A DNA stretch of 39,899 bases from Octopus bimaculoides (taxonomy: Eukaryota): the NCBI RefSeq assembly GCF_001194135.2, contig NC_068984.1:9071049-9110947 (forward strand), given 5' to 3'. The position numbers were made by a program, and so were the translations under genes. The notes beneath the pieces were generated by a model that had not been told where the DNA came from, did no database searches, and saw only the letters and a program-made list of their open reading frames with translations. This document shows, piece after piece, positions 33,223-39,899 of the stretch (position 1 is the stretch's first letter; every line of letters starts with the position of its first letter).

Positions 33223-35100
33223 CACGTCAGGCTGGAGATGGGAACGGTGACTTCCCTTTGCAAATATTGATAGGGCACAGACAGTGTGTCAATAACCAAC
33301 TGGAGGAGATGTCCTCCTGCGGCTACAAGTTACAGTAGCATTAACCCTTACGGGTTAGCCACATTTAATGGCAAATATACTTCACGATGTCGTACAGCTA
33401 ATGTTTATGCCTCGCTTAGAGACTTTTTATTGTTTATTTCTAAATGCTTCTGAAAAATGTGTTCCAAAAAAAATAATAAATTTGATTAATGCCGCCAATT
33501 ACGAATGCGTTCTTCTTTGATTTGTTATAAATAAGTTATAAGCCTAATTAATTCTCTATACTTTATGGGAAATACATTAGATCTGAATATATAGTTTGCA
33601 AAATACTGCTTATTTCTTCTCCACAAAGATAGAACATTGAAACAAAAAAAAAACATATAGCACAAAAGAAAAGAAATCTTAGAGTGCAATAATAACTCTA
33701 CATAAGATCCTATAATTGGTTCTATAAAACTAGTGCAAATGGTAATCAGCTTGTAGCCGTGCCAAAACCATATAAAACAATCAATAGTATTTATTTTTGC
33801 TCCGTCGTTCAAATGTATATTCAAAATATTCTTCTACTGTGAACCGCAGACTATCAATATGTACAATGAATAGAATAAACCTCACTTTAGTGATTTCATG
33901 AATCTAAAACTTACTAAATATATCTTCAGACAAAATATCGTTTTATATTATAATACGCTAAACATCGACATAAAACCGTATATCAATGCGTTTATTTGAG
34001 TAGATAGGTCACGGTAAATTGTGTCTTTTTTTCGCTCTGTTATTTTGTATTATTACACTGGTGGATTTTTTTTTTTCAATGTTGCCGATGTATTTTTATG
34101 ACTGTTATCGTTGATTGGGTCAAATACAATACTTTCTGTTCTTTGTTTTGTTATGTTTAGCTTTGGTTAGTTTGCTCTTTTTTTCTTTTTTTTTTTTACT
34201 GGTTTTTTTTTGTTGTTTTCTTTTCTTTTTGGCATCTTGGCAAGCTTTACATCGAGTTTTCAACAATAATGAATGTTTATAAAAGTCCTGCCAATAAATC
34301 TGTTGCTGGAAGGGGGTATATCTTTTGTTGCAGACTCATGGGATGTGACCTCTGTTCTTATATGCAAGTATTTTAAGAGACGGAACCATAAAGTAATATA
34401 AACAGGAGAAGAAAAAAAAAACAAGAAAACACGAAAAAAAACAAGAAGAAAACAATACCTAGGAGACATATAATGCAACTGCAAATAGTAATCGTACTTC
34501 TTTACGTTATATGGTTGATACAAACACAGATATCTTAAATATTAAACAAATGAAATAATTCATAAATAACAAATATAGAAACGTTAATTTTATATAAAAC
34601 GACACAGGAAATTGAGATATTAGCATCTCTTTCTCTCACTGTCTCCCTGTCTGTCTGCCTCTCTCTCCCTCTCTAACTCTTTCTGAAAATATGAAGAATA
34701 AAAAATATAGTGACCCAACAACAGCAACAAGAACATTCAGCTCATTATTTATATTGTCGTTCAGAACACACAATAAAAACGCCATTAGTAAGAAGAAGCA
34801 GAGCCTAAGAAGAAGAAAAAAAGTATTCTGTTGTGTCTGGTTCTTGCTAGAATCAACAGTTTCTCTTTGTTTGTTTGTTTGCGCTTTCTCCAATCAAACC
34901 GAACAGTCTGCACCATCAGTTTTCACATAAATACCTGATAAGAACAAATAGCATAGTCCTATATATGATATTCCTGAAAATTCAGATGTGATGATCACTA
35001 CTGGAACATCATGACCATCACATCTAGATTCCTTGGATAATTTCTCGGTTAATTCTAGGTTAATTTCTACGAGCGACTCTTCATTACGTACACTTATAGT

Positions 35101-35456
35101 AAAAGTGCGGTGAGCTGCCAGAAACGTTAGCTTTGGGGTCGATAAATTAAGTACCAGTTGCGAACTAGGGTCGATCTAATCGACTGGCGCCTCCCCCAAA
35201 ATTTCGGGCCTTGTGCCTAGAGTAGAAAAGGATATTCATTATTCAAAGGCGGCGAGCTGGCAGAAATGTTAACACGCCGGGCGAAATACTTAGCGGTATT
35301 TCATACCTTTACGTTCTGAGTTCAAATTTCGCCGAGGTCGACTTTGCCTTTCATCCTTTGGAGTCGATAAATTAAGCACCATTTGCGAACTGGGGTCGAT
35401 CTAATCGACTGGCCCCTTCCCCAAAAATTTCGGGTCTTGTGCCTAGAGTAGAAATG
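35101..35456 (+). mobile_element. Tandem pair of family B CORE-type SINEs (internally deleted 35101-35230; full 35245-35456)
   Basis: Two gagctg(c/g)cagaaa heads and two ggtcgatctaatcgactgg..cttgtgcctagagtagaaa tails. Confidence 0.9.
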
Positions 35457-36122
35457 AATTTCTACGATTCCAGACTAAAAATCTCATGCGCATTTACCGG
35501 AATAAAAATACTGACGTTCAAAGATCCCTCACCTGAGAAGTGACTGACACTGAATCCCCTAATTATTGAATGAAACCCACAGATATAAGGACAGGTTCGC
35601 AGTGCCCTCAAACCACAACAACTACATTGCAAAATTTCAAACGCAGTACCTCGCTCTCATTCCAGACATCTATATACATCGCCGGCTCTAAAAAAAAAAT
35701 TACAACATAAGGAACCTAAGTATGGGTATGAAACGCTTTGGCACAGCAGTTTTGCGCCACCTAATTAGAATCGCCTATTTGGTGTCACTGATTTGATGCT
35801 GACTTAATTGACATCAGACACTTCTCTTGATATCTCCCCCTCTCTTTTTATCTCTTCTTCCCTCGCTCTCTTTAAATCCCCCTTCTCTCTCTTTCTCTAT
35901 GAGCATATTTCTCTTATGTGTATGAAGAAAAGGAAAGCATTTCTCTCAACGGTTTTCAAATAATAATTTGTAATCTCTCTCTCTTTCCCTCTCTCTTTTT
36001 TTCTCTACCCCTATCTCTCTCTATCTATCTATCTATCTATCTTTCTCTCTATCTCTATCTCTCTCTCTCTCTGTCTCGTCGTTTTTATTTGTATGTGTAT
36101 ATTTCTGCGCACGAAAGCACCC

Positions 36123-36166
<44 letters not shown>

Positions 36167-36229
36167 GTGTGTGTGTGTGTNNNNNNNNNNNNNNNNNNNN
36201 NNNNNNNNNNNNNNNNNNNNNNNNNNNNN

Positions 36230-36289
<60 letters not shown>

Positions 36290-36934
36290 TTTGTTTCCAG
36301 CGCCCGAAAGCTCTACTCCAAAACTGGTTCAATGTCCAAACACCGGCACCAAAATGTCGGCGAGCAAATTGCTGTGCCCAATTGTCTTATTCTTACAAGA
36401 TCCATAACAACTGCTGTACCTCTTTCGAGTCGACGTTGCACGCTCCTGCCGTGACCACCCCTTCAATCTACAGGTATACTGCTATAGGGTGGCATTGGCA
36501 ACCATGATGAATTTCACAACTTTTACACTGAAGCTCATAGAGTTGTACCGAGTGGCTGTGGATTTGGTGGAGACATAGGTGTTTCATGCGGTGTGGATCC
36601 GATGATGACACCGATTCCCTAAATCTATTAGATATGTACACTAGATGTGCCTAATTAGGACTGACCAAGATATACAATGACAACAACAATGACAACAACA
36701 GCAACAACAACTCCCACGTAGTCGCTCGACCTGTTACAAAGGGATTCAAAATCTACCTGGAAACACACCGTACAGTCTTAACTGTAAAAGAAATAACACA
36801 CTTTAAGCAATGGAAGTTTTTAGTGCACCCGAATAGACGCGACAGTCACGTTTGGAGTAACTTTAGTCATACGTTACGTTGATTAAGCTGACTTGGCGCT
36901 AAACAACTGCAACAGTTGATTTTGATTAGGCCAT

Positions 36935-37290
36935 ATGATATCTCAAAATCTTGGAGATATCTTCTCTGATATACCATACAAGGTGACAAGATCTATAGAG
37001 TTATTTTCTCTGTTATGGCATAAAATATATTAGAATCTACAGAGATAATCATTTTCCGTTGTAGCACACAATATCTTGAAACCTCAGAAATGTGTAAATC
37101 TATGCAGCTATTTTCTCTGTTAGGATATGTAGGAATCTATGGGATATCTTTCCTGTTATATCATACAGAACGTCAGAATCTAATGAGATCTCCTTTCCGT
37201 TATATCATACAAGATTTTGGAATCTATGGCAATATCTTCCATTATATTATACAAGATGTTAGATCTTATGCAGATATATCTGTCATCTCA
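36935..37290. repeat. Old minisatellite, about 42-45 bp unit, about 8 copies
   Basis: Recurring g(a)atctat.gagatat.ttt.c.gttatatcatacaagat unit. Confidence 0.7.
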
Positions 37291-37764
37291 TTCATTCTCC
37301 TCTCTCCCTTTCTCCCTTTCTCTCTCTATATCCACCTTTATCTCTCTTTCTCTCTCCCCTATTTCTCTTGACGCAGCGTTTTCTCTATTTGCATTCGCTT
37401 TTCTTTTCAATTCATTATTGCTTTTATTATCTGCATATCAACAAGACGGCGGATTCACAGAATCGTTTGAGCGTCGAACAAAATAATTTGCTGTATTCAG
37501 TTAGGCCTCTTTACTTTGCAAGCTCAAATCTCGCCAAAATGATGGTCGCTCTTGCCTTTCATATTCACGGAAACAATAAACTAATATATCAGTCAAGTAC
37601 TTCGATTGATTTAGTTGAATGTTATGTCTCCTACAAGTCTTTGACCCTGAACTCATGTAAGATTTATCTTCAAATTCAGTGAAAGTGTGATAGAAGATTC
37701 GATTTTGGGAATGTTGATTGGATCATTATTTTCTCGTGGGTTACATATCTTTTACTTCATCTTA

Positions 37765-38090
37765 CTACCTGCCCTCTGTCGGTTACGACAACAAGGGTTC
37801 CAGTTGATCCGATCAAAGGAACATCAGGCTCGTAAAATTAACGTGCATGTGGCTAAGCACTCCACGGACACGTGTACTCTTAACGTAGTTCTTAGGGAGA
37901 TTCAGCGTGACACAAAATGTGAAAATGCTGGCTCTTTGAAATACAGGAATTATTCATTTTTGCCAGCTGAGTGGGCTGGAGCAATGTGAAATAAAGTGTC
38001 TTGTTCAAGGATAAAATGTGCTGTCCGGGATCGAACTCAGGACTTTACGATCGTTATCCGAACGCCCTAACCACTAGGCCACGTGCCTTC
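37765..38090 (-). mobile_element. tRNA SINE, family A' (head + CORE/V-like body 2 + tail 1)
   Basis: Reverse complement gaaggcacgtggcctagtggttagggc..gagttcgatcc..ccttgaacaagacacttt..ccactcagctggcaaaaatgaa, then tail 1 shared with family A. Confidence 0.88.
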
Positions 38091-39601
38091 TCAAATTTAT
38101 CTTAGTAGATTAGGCATGCGATTTTTCAAACCTAAAGGTGTTTAATTACTTATTTATTAGTCTTAAACAGTATATAAACTGAGAGACTGTTAATTAAATC
38201 CTCATCAGTTTGAAGCAATACAAATAATGTCCGTTTTTAATGGTTGTTACGAGGATTTCTGAGAAACACGTATTTCTCAACATGTTTAATACAGAATCCA
38301 ACGAATGAAACACAAGTGACTGTGTAGGCATCCACTGGATTTATTTGAACATGGTATAGAAGTACGAGAGATATAGGGCATTTATGAGTTGCACAGGATA
38401 GAAAAAGAGTACACAGCTTGATGAGGAACAAGAGGTTGCAGCCTTTTAAATGTTTATTCAATACAGCTGAGAATAAAGTAATGACATGTAGGTACGTGAT
38501 ATTTTGTTAAGCAACCATAACATACTATAAGGTATATCAAGTTTTTGTTATGAGTCAACACCATGTCCTCCTGTGTTAGCAGTGCTTTGTACATTATTTT
38601 GTTGAGGTCATTTTTACACAAATTGTAGTCAGCACCGATTTTTGTGTTTAATATGTAAATTGGTATATCCGATAACCAAACACTGCTTTGGTCATCATCG
38701 TAGTTACAACACAATTCATTTTATCTCTCAATCTCTAAGATTCGTTATATTCTTTCATGTGTTCGCTCCAAATCGTTTCCAATATCTGTGTGTATTCTGA
38801 ATACCAGAGGGCATTTTTCTTTACATTTTCGGGAACTTAAGCAATATGTCCGAGGACGATTAAAGGATTGGATGTGTATTGATGGAGGGGGGGGGGACAT
38901 CGAAATATGGTATATACACCCATAACCGTTTTCTCATTTTCGATCTCGCCGTTTGTTTACATCTGACGTCTCGTATACGAAACGTTGTAGCAAAGATCAG
39001 TGCTGGCTTTAATTTATATAGAATATCTGTAAAGATAACCTTAACAAGTAATGGGGAATAAAGTGTTATTTCTCGAGCCAAGCCTCGATTAGACAGGATG
39101 ATATTTAGATTTGATGAGAGCCGCGTTACTTTCGGTTCGGTGAATTCCTTTCTCAGAAAAGGAAATACTAAGTCACTAAATTTACATATTAAAGTCAGTT
39201 TATCGACATCATTGGAACTGACATGTTATGCATAAATTAAAATATATAAATGTTAAATGCCGATAAAAATAGATACATAAATGTTAAATGCATGAATATT
39301 AAATGCTCTAAAAGAACGTTAAATACCAAAAACTGACAAGTTATACGCACAAAGGTTAAAAGCACCTGTCAATGCAAAAGTTTATCTAAGCTTAAGTAGA
39401 GAAAGGTTTATCAACTTACGGCTGTAAGCATCGTTCTCTATTATCTACGAAATGTTTTTGTTTGTACGTTTGGCATCTGAAAAATAATCATTAACGATCT
39501 CCTCAAACTGTATCGTGTTTAGAACATTGTTCTCTGCATCCAATGGCTGCAAAACACTTCGACTGTTGTGGCTCATTATCAGCGACAATTTGACACATGG
39601 C

Positions 39602-39637
<36 letters not shown>

Positions 39638-39899
39638 CTTCTCACGGACGTGCTGTCACATCGGCTGCGAAGGTAAACGTTTATTTGACCTTTTATTGCC
39701 CATATTTTGTTGGAAATTTTGTATATAAGGTGTGTGAAGCACCAAACTTTCTTTTTATTGTGTTTTCAAGGTAGGAATTGGCCCTTTAGGGGCAGTTTCA
39801 ACCTTTTTAAAATTATATATTTTCTTCTCGACATTGAAAAATGTCGAGAAACATAGTCATAGAACGCTGGACAGAAACTTTAATGAACGAACATTTTCC

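Noticed and set aside
34636-34893. Hydrophobic minus ORF with a strong acceptor-like site at 34805
   Set aside because: Hydrophobicity comes from T-rich low complexity, there is no matching donor, and the frame runs into a GA microsatellite.

Overview
AT-rich eukaryotic, essentially non-coding (intronic or intergenic) DNA from a gapped short-read draft assembly. There are 8 N-gaps, mostly flanked by microsatellites. The repeat content suggests a cephalopod, most likely Octopus (inference): dense tRNA-derived SINEs, several with a CORE-type domain, and abundant (CA)n/(TA)n/(GA)n/(AAT)n arrays. No complete protein-coding gene is visible, and most ORFs in the track are microsatellite or N-gap artefacts. 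Supportable coding remnants are a frameshifted mariner transposase (29124-29550), a Tigger/pogo-like transposase C-terminus (2181-2420) and an RTE-like LINE 3' end (5600-5880). Candidate host exons are low confidence: a 392-nt minus-strand exon with secretin/adhesion-GPCR-like motifs (12334-12725), a 67-nt plus-strand non-coding exon (18863-18929), and a gap-adjacent minus-strand ORF with a strong donor (21974-22223). The most interesting signal is a set of minimal type-I hammerhead-ribozyme-like motifs of the kind carried by Penelope-like element termini. One has an intact core (6371-6414). Three differ at normally conserved core positions (1549-1586, 30599-30632, 32568-32607), and the first of these sits in a 134-bp inverted pair. 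Also notable are a spacerless palindrome of at least 478 bp with a perfect apex and diverged outer arms (11279-11756), and a TTAA-flanked MITE that splits a SINE A-box (7275-7790). All alignments, folds and family assignments were made by eye, without database searches.
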